Below, piece after piece: positions 20,818-31,887 of a stretch of 64,000 nucleotides of DNA. A model generated the notes under the pieces. It was not told the DNA's origin. It did not search any database and was given only the letters and a program-made list of their open reading frames with translations. The translations under genes were made by a program, and so were the position numbers. The number at the start of each line of letters is the position of its first letter. Positions within the stretch are counted from its first letter, which is position 1. Origin of the DNA: Methanotrichaceae archaeon. Lineage in GTDB: Archaea > Halobacteriota > Methanosarcinia > Methanotrichales > Methanotrichaceae. The stretch covers positions 192,001 through 256,000 of the forward strand of contig CAWEXU010000030.1 in NCBI GenBank assembly GCA_963813075.1. The letters are read 5' to 3'.

Positions 20818-22296
20818 GTGATGCCATTGAATATGAAGCATCTCTTCATCTTGCTGATATGCAGTCTGGAGATCTCTTTAGCGGTAGCTGCGGAGGATCC
20901 CATGAGCCAGGAAAATTTGCAGTTCACGATGCCGCTCAACGGTGCCAATATCACCCATCAATACGAAAATCTGACCGAATGGGACTGGTTTGCCTCATTC
21001 TCCATCCAGGAGCATCCGGATGCCCTTGCATCATCAGTGCACGCGGAAGAGGTGGAATCGCTGCAATTCTCTATAAACGACCTCTTTGTGATGGAAGAAG
21101 GAGATGGTGGGATCCAGTTCCCGAAATTTGACTCATCAGCCTATAGCTATCTGCCAGAGATCGAAGAGGAAGGGTCAGGGATGAATGAGCTTCTCAGCCG
21201 CTCGAGCAGAAGCACAAGCTCTCCCGAACTGCAATATATTTATAAAAATAATAAAACCCAACAATGGCTGCTTGACTATAGCTCATCCATTGGCATGCTT
21301 GAGGAGAGCAGGATCGCTTATGCAGATAACGAAATTGTTGATAAATCCATTGCTAAGATCGGTGATATTGATCCTTTGAAAACGGAATTTGGGGATATGC
21401 TCGGAACAGGCTACTCCTCAGACCGTCAGCTGCTGATGCCGGAGCGAATTGCCCAGCTATATGAGACATCCCTTATGGCACCCCATAATGTTGGTTTAAT
21501 TCCCGCCCCAGAGGGAAATGATCAGATCCTGAATCCTTTTAGCGGCTCGTTTGATCCCCATACGATGGATGAACTCTCCAGCGCAGGTTACAGCTATATT
21601 CCTGAAACGCTCCCGTCCCCACGAAATAAGAAGGAGCTAAAGAATTATGCCATAGTTGTGGGGATTGATGAGTACAAGGACAGAATGAGCCTTCATACCT
21701 GCGCGAATGATGCCAGATCGATGGCAGATCTCATGGAAGAGATGGGCTATGATGTTGTACTGATCAGCGACCATACCAATGAGAAGCCGACTAAAGAAAA
21801 TATCCTGAACATGGCATTCGAGGAGATAAGAGAGAAGCCGAATGTGGGTAATGTGATATTTTATTTCTCAGGACACGGGGTGAAAGCGGAAAATGAAGTG
21901 TTCTATCTGATACCCCAGAATGCCAATGGAACTGTCTCCACCTATATCAGTGAGAGTGAGGTCAAAGAGCAGATCATGAGCTTTAAAAATTTTGCTATGA
22001 TCATCGATGCCTGCAATAGCGAAGGTCTGAGCCGGGCAATAGGAGATGGCCAGCTCATAATAGCCTCATCCATGTATAATGAATCCAGCAATGGAGAATG
22101 GACCGGTTCCATGAGCGTCTTCACCTCTTATCTGATCAAAGCGATCAGAGAGGAGAAGGAGAGAAGCAACCGAGTCCTCCTGCAAAGGTGCTTCGACAAG
22201 GCCCAGAGCGATACCGTGAGATGGTCCCAGAATCATCTGATCAGCCAGACCCCGGTGATTCTGGACAACACCGGTGGAATATATTACATAAACTAA
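20818..22296 (+). CDS. Secreted caspase-family (C14) peptidase
   Basis: Signal peptide, long acidic linker, then YAIVVGIDEY, NDARSM, FYFSGHG and IIDACNS (His/Cys dyad intact). Confidence 0.9.
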   Translation: MMPLNMKHLFILLICSLEISLAVAAEDPMSQENLQFTMPLNGANITHQYENLTEWDWFASFSIQEHPDALASSVHAEEVESLQFSINDLFVMEEGDGGIQFPKFDSSAYSYLPEIEEEGSGMNELLSRSSRSTSSPELQYIYKNNKTQQWLLDYSSSIGMLEESRIAYADNEIVDKSIAKIGDIDPLKTEFGDMLGTGYSSDRQLLMPERIAQLYETSLMAPHNVGLIPAPEGNDQILNPFSGSFDPHTMDELSSAGYSYIPETLPSPRNKKELKNYAIVVGIDEYKDRMSLHTCANDARSMADLMEEMGYDVVLISDHTNEKPTKENILNMAFEEIREKPNVGNVIFYFSGHGVKAENEVFYLIPQNANGTVSTYISESEVKEQIMSFKNFAMIIDACNSEGLSRAIGDGQLIIASSMYNESSNGEWTGSMSVFTSYLIKAIREEKERSNRVLLQRCFDKAQSDTVRWSQNHLISQTPVILDNTGGIYYIN

Positions 22297-22451
22297 AATA
22301 GAATGCGAGCAAATGAATCGCTCGCAATCCAAAGGCCTTTTTTACTTCTATAATATCGAATCGCAGGTCAGGCCCGCTAATCTGACCAGGGCTTGATGCA
22401 TACGATTTTCTCGCCATCGTCTCCCAGGTCGAGGTGACGGGATCGCAGCCC

Positions 22452-23810
22452 CTATACGAGGTTGTTGATATCGACATATCCGTAATCCTCGCTCACCGGG
22501 CAACCCTCATGGCTGCAGCTGAGGGTGTAAGGATAGTGGCCCGCTGTGCCTGGGGTGACGTTGATCAGATCTATGTTCAGTTCAGAATCGCAGTCCCCGC
22601 AATTGGCAACTGATCTGACCTCAGATTCGATGTCCTCCAACGAAGCCCCGGCAAAGAGGCAGACATCCGGAGCACTGGCCTGGCAGGAACATGGCAAAGC
22701 TGAGCAACCGGTGAAGAATACCGGGATGGTGCACAGAGAATCGCATCCCACTGGACCTTCTGCCTGGCAGGTGACATTGATCCAATATACGCCCTCCTCC
22801 ACGAATCCGGAAATGGGATCTATTTGCCAGTCAGGGAACTGGAACTGGGGCGTTTCATCGCACTCGCCGCAGGGAGCAGGATTGATCTCCAGGATCAAGC
22901 CCTCCAGCTCAGCGGGATACATGCATGCACCGGATGTGAAGCCGATCAGCTCACAGCTGCACATCTGGATGACGGTGATAGTGCCCGAATCAGAGGCCAG
23001 GCAACCGCCATCCCCACAGGAGGCACTGTAACTCCCTCCAGTTACATATCCCTCTTCATCCATGATAACCGGGGAGAAGTCCAGGACAGCAGTCTGCTCA
23101 CAATCTGAGCAACTGGCATTTTCTGCCGCCATAACCATGAAATCCTCCAGCGTAACTGTTCCCTGGCAGAATGAAAAATCAGGAGCATTGGCCTGGCACA
23201 TCGCCTGAACGGTCACACTGCCCCTGGCAGGATGGCATGAGCCGCATCTTATGGTGTAGTCATATATTCCTGGCAACGGCACCCCGTCCCCATCAAGGTA
23301 CAACTGGCGGAGGTCCAACACTGGTGTGATATCACCGCATCCATAGCATGCTGCCCCAGCTTCCAGGAGCCCCGCCCGGACCTGTTCTACACTATCTGGT
23401 GAGCAGATGGCTGCCTGGGCGACATGAGGCTTGCAAGAGCAGGTGACAAGGAACTTGGCCGTGGCCGGATATTTTGCCGCGCAATCCCCATTGATGGCAT
23501 TGTACTTGAACTGCACATAGGTGCCCGGCTGAATATCAGGAGACGGGTCATAGACAAAGGACCCATCAGCAGCAACTTCAAGGGTCCCATATTTGGGGTC
23601 CACGGTGATCCTCTCCGGATTTATGACGGCAACGGCAGCAGGATCATTTGCCAGAATTCCCGCGGTCCTTGGGACCTCTTTTATAACCCCGCATTGAGCG
23701 GAATATAGCTCCCCCCGGAGAAACCAGGGACAGGTTGCTGAGGATAGAGAAGCGAAATATATTATCAGAATCGCCACTACTATACAGCTACTCGAAAAGC
23801 TCTTATGCAT
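22452..23810 (-). CDS. Cys-rich secreted Ig-like protein, paralog 1
   Basis: Signal, CPWFLRGELY and a cadherin-like GILAND..PKYGTL..DGSFVY domain, followed by four Cys-rich modules. Confidence 0.8.
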   Translation of the reverse strand: MHKSFSSSCIVVAILIIYFASLSSATCPWFLRGELYSAQCGVIKEVPRTAGILANDPAAVAVINPERITVDPKYGTLEVAADGSFVYDPSPDIQPGTYVQFKYNAINGDCAAKYPATAKFLVTCSCKPHVAQAAICSPDSVEQVRAGLLEAGAACYGCGDITPVLDLRQLYLDGDGVPLPGIYDYTIRCGSCHPARGSVTVQAMCQANAPDFSFCQGTVTLEDFMVMAAENASCSDCEQTAVLDFSPVIMDEEGYVTGGSYSASCGDGGCLASDSGTITVIQMCSCELIGFTSGACMYPAELEGLILEINPAPCGECDETPQFQFPDWQIDPISGFVEEGVYWINVTCQAEGPVGCDSLCTIPVFFTGCSALPCSCQASAPDVCLFAGASLEDIESEVRSVANCGDCDSELNIDLINVTPGTAGHYPYTLSCSHEGCPVSEDYGYVDINNLV

Positions 23811-24044
23811 ATTTTCCCTCCAGATGAAGAATTACCTTCATCAATAAAAGCCTCAGATTCTGAAACATAAATATAGAGACTAATTCCAAATCAGTTGCGA
23901 AGATAATAAATTCTGTTAAATAATCCAAATCATCAGGTTCAAATCCTCTGGCGGACTCTGGACTGCTTTTGGAGAAGCATAAATCGAGATTTATAGATTA
24001 AAAAGAGGAGGTGGGAGCGAAAAGATTTGCTCCTTCTCAGGATT

Positions 24045-25496
24045 TCAGTGGCAATAGCCCTCAATGACAGATATCATTCCCGTAGCCTCATCGTAGCAGT
24101 CTATGCCCTCGCACGTGACAGTGTATTCATATTGGCCAGGTTCTGTCCAATCGATGCCGGGCGGAATGACTATCGTCTCATTATCACAGCAGCCTGAGCA
24201 GCCCCCATTAGCAGCGGCAAACTTATCGTAGAAATCTGTATAGCCGTTATACTGGTTATAGTAGTCCAGGCAGCAGATATCTACTTGATTGGGGTAATTG
24301 GAGTTAAGCAGGCAGCATGGCGTGCAGATGATGGAAAGGCAGATGTCAGGAGCATAGGCCTCGCAGGGGCCACCCTCTTGGCAGGTAACTTGAACCTCTC
24401 CATAACAGGTGGAGTCGCAGTCCACCACCGTCTCATCTTGGGCATGACAGGTTACACTAAATGTATAGACTCCGGTTTCTACGAATCCAGTTGTCTGGTT
24501 TACCTGCCACTCAGAGAAGTCCCATTCGGGAGTATCATCGCAGTCGCCACCACAGGGTTGGGAATTTATATCTTTTATCATAGCCTCCGCATCTTCAGGA
24601 GTCATGCATGCGTCTATTGTGAAACTTATAGTCTCACAGTCGCACTTGCGCACGATGGTGATGTATCCAGTATCAGATCCGCCGCAGTTGTTGACGTCTC
24701 CACAGGTGCCGGTGAAGCTGCCCCCATCCACGAATCCATCAACTACCTCAACACCGGAGAAGTCCATTACCGGGGTCAGGTCGCAATCTATGCAGCGAGC
24801 ATCTCTTGTGGCCATCTCCTCGAACTGCTCAAGGGTATAGTATCCCTCACAGAAGGTGTAGTTCTCGACCTGGGCATCACACCGGTCGATGAGCACTATC
24901 TCTCCGCAGGCGAGCTGACATCCGGGGCACTTTATGCAGAACTCATAAGTTCCTGCCACGGGCATGCCGTTCTCATCCAGTTCGATTATGCCCAGATCGA
25001 TGGGAGTGGTGACATCGCCGCAACCGACGCATCCAATCTCTGCCTCTTCCAGGATATCTCTGATCTCATCCAGGGTTACAGGCAGGCAGATGGGCGGTAT
25101 GGGGCCGACATGAGCCTTGCATGAGCACACTATCTGGAACTTGGCTGTGGCCGGGTATTTTGCCGCACACTGGCCATTGGTTGCATTGTACTTGAATTGC
25201 ACATAGATGCCTTGCTGGATGTTCTTGGATGGTTTATAGACGAAAGAGCCATCTTCTGCAACCTCTATTGTTCCATACTTCGGATCAATTGTTATCGATT
25301 CTGGATCCAGCACCGCGACCCCCTGGGGATCGTTGGCCAAAATTCCCTTGTCTGCACCGACGACCTTATCCACTCCGCAAGTGGCGGAGTAAAGCTCGCC
25401 CTTCAAAAACCAGGGACATGTTGCTGCCGATAGCGAAGCGAGAGATAAAAGCAAGATCGCCACAGCTATGCAGCCATTCATCATTCTCTTGTTCAT
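24045..25496 (-). CDS. Cys-rich secreted Ig-like protein, paralog 2
   Basis: Same N-terminus (CPWFLKGELY); about 40 Cys in 483 aa by my count. Confidence 0.8.
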   Translation of the reverse strand: MNKRMMNGCIAVAILLLSLASLSAATCPWFLKGELYSATCGVDKVVGADKGILANDPQGVAVLDPESITIDPKYGTIEVAEDGSFVYKPSKNIQQGIYVQFKYNATNGQCAAKYPATAKFQIVCSCKAHVGPIPPICLPVTLDEIRDILEEAEIGCVGCGDVTTPIDLGIIELDENGMPVAGTYEFCIKCPGCQLACGEIVLIDRCDAQVENYTFCEGYYTLEQFEEMATRDARCIDCDLTPVMDFSGVEVVDGFVDGGSFTGTCGDVNNCGGSDTGYITIVRKCDCETISFTIDACMTPEDAEAMIKDINSQPCGGDCDDTPEWDFSEWQVNQTTGFVETGVYTFSVTCHAQDETVVDCDSTCYGEVQVTCQEGGPCEAYAPDICLSIICTPCCLLNSNYPNQVDICCLDYYNQYNGYTDFYDKFAAANGGCSGCCDNETIVIPPGIDWTEPGQYEYTVTCEGIDCYDEATGMISVIEGYCH

Positions 25497-25907
25497 ACTT
25501 TGCCTCCATATGAAGAAATTAATCTTCGCTCATAATATCTGATTGCTGAGACATAAATAGACACTAATTTCTAATCAGATCTCACAATCATAATTCCAAA
25601 TAATATATCATGTTCGTGTTTTATATATTTATTAATTGTTGATTATTTTTCCTTAATACGGGATTGATTTAGGGCGGAAATCAGAGACCATTGACATGGC
25701 AAAAAAAAAGGTCATTATGTATTAATTATAATAACAAATCCGTTATTCATTTTATGTTTTATAGTATATTTATAAAAGAAAATATCGATCATTATGAATA
25801 TATCCTCAGACAATTCTATTAAAAAAAATAGAGAGTTAGAGCACATGAAGATGCTCTAAATCCATTTAGCAGAGCCCTTTGCAGCCCCATGGCCCACAGT
25901 TTCGTTT

Positions 25908-28900
25908 TTATTTGAAATCGAGAGATAGGCTTCCGACATCAGAACTTGAGATGGCTCCGCTGGCATCCAGGCAGAGCACTTTGTATTCGTATCTTCCCGG
26001 CTCACCCCAGTTGATATCTGCTGGCAGGGCTACGCTCATCTGAGCACAATCGCCTGTGCATGCTCCTCCGGCATTCGTCACCTTCTGCTTCATTTCATTG
26101 CTGTACCTTGGCAGGCTGTAGTCTTTGCAGAACATGCGATCGCAGCCCTTTGCACATATTATAGGCAGACTGATGTCAGGAGCATAGGCATTGCATTCGC
26201 ATTCAACTATCACATTGCCCGTGGCAGCGGGGCATACCTTCGGTTGCGGGCTGCAGTCAACCGCGTAGCTGCCGCCGGTCACAAATCCCGTATTGGCATC
26301 ACTTGTCACACTACCAAGATCGATCTGAGGCATCTGGTCACAGACCTGGGAGCCTTTGCCCTGGCAGTTGGCCACAATCAGAGCCGCCAAATCCTCTTTG
26401 GTCAGGTCACAGCCAATAGTGATATCTTCCGCATAGGCCACACAGGAGCATATATCTGGCTCGCAAGCAGATATGACCTGTCCGGTGCAGGTGGATTCGC
26501 AATCCTCCAGATCCTCCAGGACCTCATATCCAGCACCTGCATGGCACAGAACGCTGTATGTATAGTCGTCTGCCAGCACATACCCCGTTTTCTGATCCAC
26601 TGGCCAGTCAGGGAACTGCCAATAAGGAGTCTCATCGCATTCCCCACAGGGTGCAGGGTTTGACTGCATGATAAAAGCTTCCATCTCATCCGGATACATG
26701 CACCCATCCTGCGACAGGCTGACCAGCTCGCAATTGCACTTCATGACCACGGTGATACTGACCGTTCCCTGGTCACAATCGCGGTCATCGTCGCAGATCC
26801 TGTAGTTGAAGCTATCTACGCCGCTCCACCCTCTGTCAGGGGTATAGGTGTATGTACCGTCGTCGTTAAAAACCACATCACCGTTTGCGGGATTCGTCAA
26901 CCTGGACCAGGTGTTGCCTCCATCCTCAGAGAGGTAATCGTTGTCTGCTGCACTTCCGCTCACCGGCTTATCCTGGCATGTGCTGGCTGTGTCGCTGACG
27001 GCAGTGGGAGCGTCGTCGATGCACTCTACTGTAATGATAACAGAGGCGGTATCGGAATCGCCGTCGTTATCGGTCAGAGCATAGGTGAAGCTGTCCTTGC
27101 CGCAATATTTCTCAGATGGGGTATAAGTGTATGTGCCATCTGGATTGAAGATCAGATCGCCATTTACTGGATCCGTCAGCTTGGACCAGGTGTTTCCTCC
27201 ATCATCGGATAGCTCATCGTTGCCTGATACGCTGCCGCTAACTGAAGTATCTTCGGTGGTTGAAGCTTCATCGTCGTTGGCCACCGGGAGGTCATTGACG
27301 CACTCAATGGTGATTACCACCTTTGCCGTATCGGAATCGCCGTCGTTATCGGTCAGAGTATAGGTGAAGCTGTCCTTGCCGCAATATTTCTCAGACGGGG
27401 TATAGGTGAATGTGCCGTCCGGATTGAAGATGCAGTCGCCGTTGACGGATCCGTCAGCTTGGACCAGGTGTTTCCGCCATCATCGGATAGCTCATCGTTG
27501 CCTGATACGCTGCCGCTAACTGAAGTATCTTCGGTGGTGGAAGCGGTATCGTCGTTGGCCACCGGCAGGTCATTGACGCACTCAATGGTGATTACCACCT
27601 TTGCCGTATCGGAATCGCCATCGTTATCGGTCAGAGTATAGGTGAAGCTGTCCTTGCCGCAATATTTCTCAGACGGGGTATAGGTGAATGTGCCGTCCGG
27701 ATTTACAGATGCCGTGCCGTGGGCGGGAGCCGGTTTTCATGGACCAGGTGTTGCCGCCATCATCGGATAGCTCATCGTTGCCTGATACGCTGCCGCTAAC
27801 CGGAGTATCTTCGGTGGTTGAAGCTGTATCGTCGTTGGCCTCCGGCAGGTCATTGACGCACTCAATGGTGATTACCACCTTTGCCGTATCGGAATCGCCA
27901 TCGATTATCGGTCAGAGTATAGGTGAAGCTGTCCTTGCCGCAATATTTCTCAGACGGGGTATAGGTGAATGTGCCGTCCGGATTTACAGTATGCCGTGCC
28001 GTGGGCGGGATCGGTTTTCATAGACCAGGTGTTGCCGCCATCATCGGATAGCTCATCGTTGCCTGATACGCTGCCGCTAACTGGTGTATCTTCGGTGGTT
28101 GAAGCCGTATCGTCGTTAGCCACCGGCAGGTCATTGACGCACTCAATGGTGATTACCACCTTTGCCATATCGGAATCGCCATCGTTATCGGCCAGAGTAT
28201 AGGTGAAGCTGTCCTTGCCGCAATATTTCTCAGACGGGGTATAGGTGAATGTGCCGTCTGGATTTACAGATGCCGTGCCGTGGGCGGGATCGGTTTTCAA
28301 AGACCAGGTGTTGCCGCCATCATCGGATAGCTCATCGTTGCCTGATACGCTGCCGCTAACTGAAGTATCTTCGGTGGTCGAAGCGGTATCGTCGTTAGCC
28401 ACCGGCACGTCATTGACGCATTCAATGGTGATTACCACCTTTGCCGTATCGGAATCGCCGTCGACATCGGTCAGAGTATAGGTGAAGCTGTCCTTGCCGC
28501 AATATTTCTCAGACGGGGCATAGGTGAATGTGCCATCCGGATTTACATATGCCGTGCCGTGGGCGGGGCCGGTTTTCAAAGACCAGGTGTTGCCGCCATC
28601 ATCGGATAGCTCGTCGTTGCCGGATACGCTGCCGCTAACTGGAAGTATCTTCGGTGGTCGAAGCGGTATCGTCGTTGGCCACCGGCAGGTCATTGACGCA
28701 CTCAATGGTGATTACCACCTTTGCCGTATCGGAATCGCCATCGGCATCGGTCAGAGTATAGGTGAAGCTGTCCTTGCCGCAATAGTTCTCAGACGGGGTA
28801 TAGGTGAATGTGCCGTCCGGATTTACATATGCCGTGCCGTGGGCGGGGCCGGTTTTCAAAGACCAGGTGTTGCCGCCATCATCAGATAGCTCATCGTTGC

Positions 28901-30148
28901 CAGATAGGCTGCCGCTAACTGAAGTATCTTCGGTGGTTGAAGCTTCATCGTCGTTAGCCACCGGCAGGTCATTGACGCACTCAATGGTGATTACCACCTT
29001 TGCCGTATCGGAATCGCCGTCGACATCGGTCAGAGTATAGGTGAAGCTGTCCTTGCCGCAATATTTCTCAGACGGGGTATAGGTGAATGTGCCGTCCGGA
29101 TTGAAGATGCGATGCCGTGGGCGGGCTCGGTTTTCAAAGACCAGGTGTTGCCGCCATCATCAGATAGCTCATCGTTGCCGGATAGGCTGCCGCTAACTGA
29201 AGTATCTTCGGTGGTAGAAGCGATATCGTCGTTGGCCTCCGGCAGGTCATTGACGCACTCAATGGTGATTACCACCTTTGCCATATCGGAATCGCCGTCG
29301 GTATCGGTCAGAGTATAGGTGAAGCTGTCCTTGCCGCAATATTTCTCAGACGGGGTATAAGTGAATGTGCCGTCCGGGTTTACATATGCCGTGCCGTGGG
29401 CGGGCCTGGTTTTCAAAGACCAGGTATTTCCACCATCATCGGATAGCATATCATTGCCGGATAGGCTGCCGCTAACCGGGGTGCCTTTGGCGGTTGCCGC
29501 TGTGTCATCAACGGCATCGGGCACACCATCTGCACAATCTCTGAGGATTATCTGTCCACAGCGGGATTGTGTTCCCGAGCAATCTATGCAAAATGAATAC
29601 GTTCCCGCCACAGGACGGCCGTTTTTATCCAGGTCGACATCGTCTAGATCGATGAGTGCGGTGACATCTCCGCATCCAATACAACCCGCGCCTGCCTCTT
29701 CGAGGATATCTCTAATATCATCTAGATCCGCAGGCAGACAGATAGGATCTATGCTGGGAATATTGGTCAAACATGAGCATGATATTTGGAGCTTGGCTGT
29801 CGACGGGTACTGTGCCTTACATTCGGCACTGGTGGCATTATACTTGAATTGCACATAGGTGCCCTGCGGGATATTCGGGGATGGCGAATAGACAAAAGAT
29901 CCGTTTGCCGCAACCTTTATGAATCCATATTTGGGATCGATCGTAATCGATTCAGGATCCAGAACTGCAACCGCTTGCGCATCGTTTGCCAGAATTCCCT
30001 GGCTTTCGGGAACCACTTTTATAACCCCGCATTGGGCGTAATATAGTTCGTCCCGGATAAACCAGGGGCATTTAGCTGATGAGAGAGATGAAACTAAAAT
30101 TAATAGAATTGATATAATAAGAACACGTTTAATCCATGAAATACCCAT
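25908..30148 (-). CDS. Large (~1400 aa) Cys-rich adhesin-like protein, paralog 3, with ten cadherin-like (tandem-95/Big_9-type) repeats; multiple frameshifts
   Basis: CPWFIRDELY N-terminus, repeats PVANDD..T.EDT.VSGSVSGND..DGTFTYTP..G.DSFTYTLTD.DG, and a C-terminal Cys-rich region matching the paralogs. Confidence 0.8.
26750..29525. repeat. Tandem repeat with 279-bp unit: nine near-identical copies plus one divergent copy
   Basis: Anchor GAAGCTGTCC at 27087, 27366, 27644, 27925, 28205, 28484, 28764, 29043 and 29321. Confidence 0.95.
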
Positions 30149-30310
30149 GACATCTGCCTCCGTCCAAGCCATAAGTAGTTCTGCATCCTATTAAGCAGAG
30201 ACGAATAGTTGGTGCGGATGACAGTTAATGGCTTTAAGTTCCACTCGACTACCAATGGTATGCTAACTTCTTATCAAGGCAGCGCAAAAAAATTAAGGTT
30301 CACATCATCT

Positions 30311-30850
30311 TTAATCAAAGATGAACTCGGCTTCTGCTTTGCCCAGATTGTAATATTCCACGCTGTAGTTCAAGGCATCCATGCCGGCTGTGGAGTATTT
30401 TGATTTCCTGGTTTCAAATAGTTTCGCCATATTGTAAAGATATATGTTGAAATATTGCATGGAATTTATAGTATAGTTATGGAAATCTCTATATTCTTCT
30501 GATGGCGTAATGCTCTGCGCTTCGGCCAGGCCCTGCGAATTCAGAACCAGTAGGGAAGCGAAAGCAACCATAGAATCTCTCCTGATGGATTCGTTCGTAG
30601 TATTGCTCTGTTTTGTGGCATTCAGTATCTCGAACTGATAGTCCAAATTCTCAACAAAAGAGTTCCAGATCCTTCTCTCCGCCACCTCTTCAGCCGTCTC
30701 AGTCTCCTCTTGTACCTGCATGACCTTCAGAACAGGCTGATCTACCACAGGTGATGAGCTTGCATCCTGTGCAGATGCCGCCTGCATGCTCAACATTGCA
30801 GTTGCAACCAGTATTAGTAGCGCCAATAAAGCATTTATTCTCGATCTCAT
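30311..30850 (-). CDS. Secreted helical hypothetical protein
   Basis: Signal ending ASA-Q and SD GAGGAG. Confidence 0.7.
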   Translation of the reverse strand: MRSRINALLALLILVATAMLSMQAASAQDASSSPVVDQPVLKVMQVQEETETAEEVAERRIWNSFVENLDYQFEILNATKQSNTTNESIRRDSMVAFASLLVLNSQGLAEAQSITPSEEYRDFHNYTINSMQYFNIYLYNMAKLFETRKSKYSTAGMDALNYSVEYYNLGKAEAEFIFD

Positions 30851-30878
30851 TTCAACTCCTCATTCAATTTATCTTAAT

Positions 30879-31760
30879 TCAATTTATTGTCAAGCTTGAA
30901 TCATTCAGCGCCGAACGGCACAGGCATGACCAAGCGGCTCTAAGCGAATAGTCCAGCCCGGGATAGGCAGAGGGACAGCAATCCAGCATGTCCCCCATAT
31001 CGTCCTCCTTAAATTGGAAACTATGCTCGGAGGTAACCTTTTTGCTCATCTCGAATGAGCCAATGTAATCCTCCTCGATATATTCGTCTGGTGATTTGAA
31101 TTTGAATCCTGAATAAATATCTGACTCCGAGGCCAGTTGAAGCACTGTGCTATAATTCTCTCCCACAAACTCATCTATACCACTGGGGACAACCTCTGCC
31201 TTGATCAGTGCATTCCTATATTTTGCAAGGAAAGCGGACGATTCAGAGAATTTCTTGGCTTGGTAGCGGGTCATTATTTCTTCATCATTATTTTTGAAGG
31301 TATTCCTTTTAGATATGCCCTCTCCTCTATACATGATCTCGTCAACGCTCATCAGATAAGATGGCATGCTCTCATTTATATCTACGTTATATTTTTCGGC
31401 GTTATTTGATACAACTTCCTCAATAGTGACATAGTTCACGGAGCTTCCTGCGGATATAAGGCTGTCTTCCTTAAGCCGGCCCTCTTTTGTATAGGTGTTC
31501 TCCTTAAAACTAACGTCATCTAGCCCCTTGAGAAATACGTACTTGGAAGAGTTGCCATCGCCCTTGTAGTGGCTTTCTGAGTTGAACTCATAGACCGATG
31601 TGAAACGGCTCCGGCTCCAGGAGGTACTGTTGCTGCTATCGTTGACGGTGACGGAAATATCGTACCCAGTCCTACCCTCGGCCAATAATAATGTCATCAA
31701 CATTAATATGAAAACGCAAATTACCCCGGATCTGATATTCTCTCGCCCTCCTTTGGCCAT
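30879..31760 (-). CDS. Secreted hypothetical protein (S/E/K/Y-rich, C-terminal CCP..CLC)
   Basis: 293-aa ORF with N-terminal hydrophobic segment. Confidence 0.7.
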   Translation of the reverse strand: MAKGGRENIRSGVICVFILMLMTLLLAEGRTGYDISVTVNDSSNSTSWSRSRFTSVYEFNSESHYKGDGNSSKYVFLKGLDDVSFKENTYTKEGRLKEDSLISAGSSVNYVTIEEVVSNNAEKYNVDINESMPSYLMSVDEIMYRGEGISKRNTFKNNDEEIMTRYQAKKFSESSAFLAKYRNALIKAEVVPSGIDEFVGENYSTVLQLASESDIYSGFKFKSPDEYIEEDYIGSFEMSKKVTSEHSFQFKEDDMGDMLDCCPSAYPGLDYSLRAAWSCLCRSALNDSSLTIN

Positions 31761-31887
31761 ATTCCTGTTAAGCTTTTTGATACATATATCTTTTGCTGAT
31801 GCTTAATTGAAATAAGGATGATATTCTCTGAAAATTAATTGCACATTATTTTAAAAATAGGAGATGATGACTGCAAAATCATCAAGC

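Noticed and set aside
24285..25124. Long antisense ORFs (also 57351-58124 and 50459-51109)
   Set aside because: Shadows of well-supported genes on the opposite strand.
26750..29525. Long repeat array as CRISPR or mobile element
   Set aside because: Units are 279 bp (93 codons), contiguous and protein-coding, with no unique spacers, cas genes or transposase.
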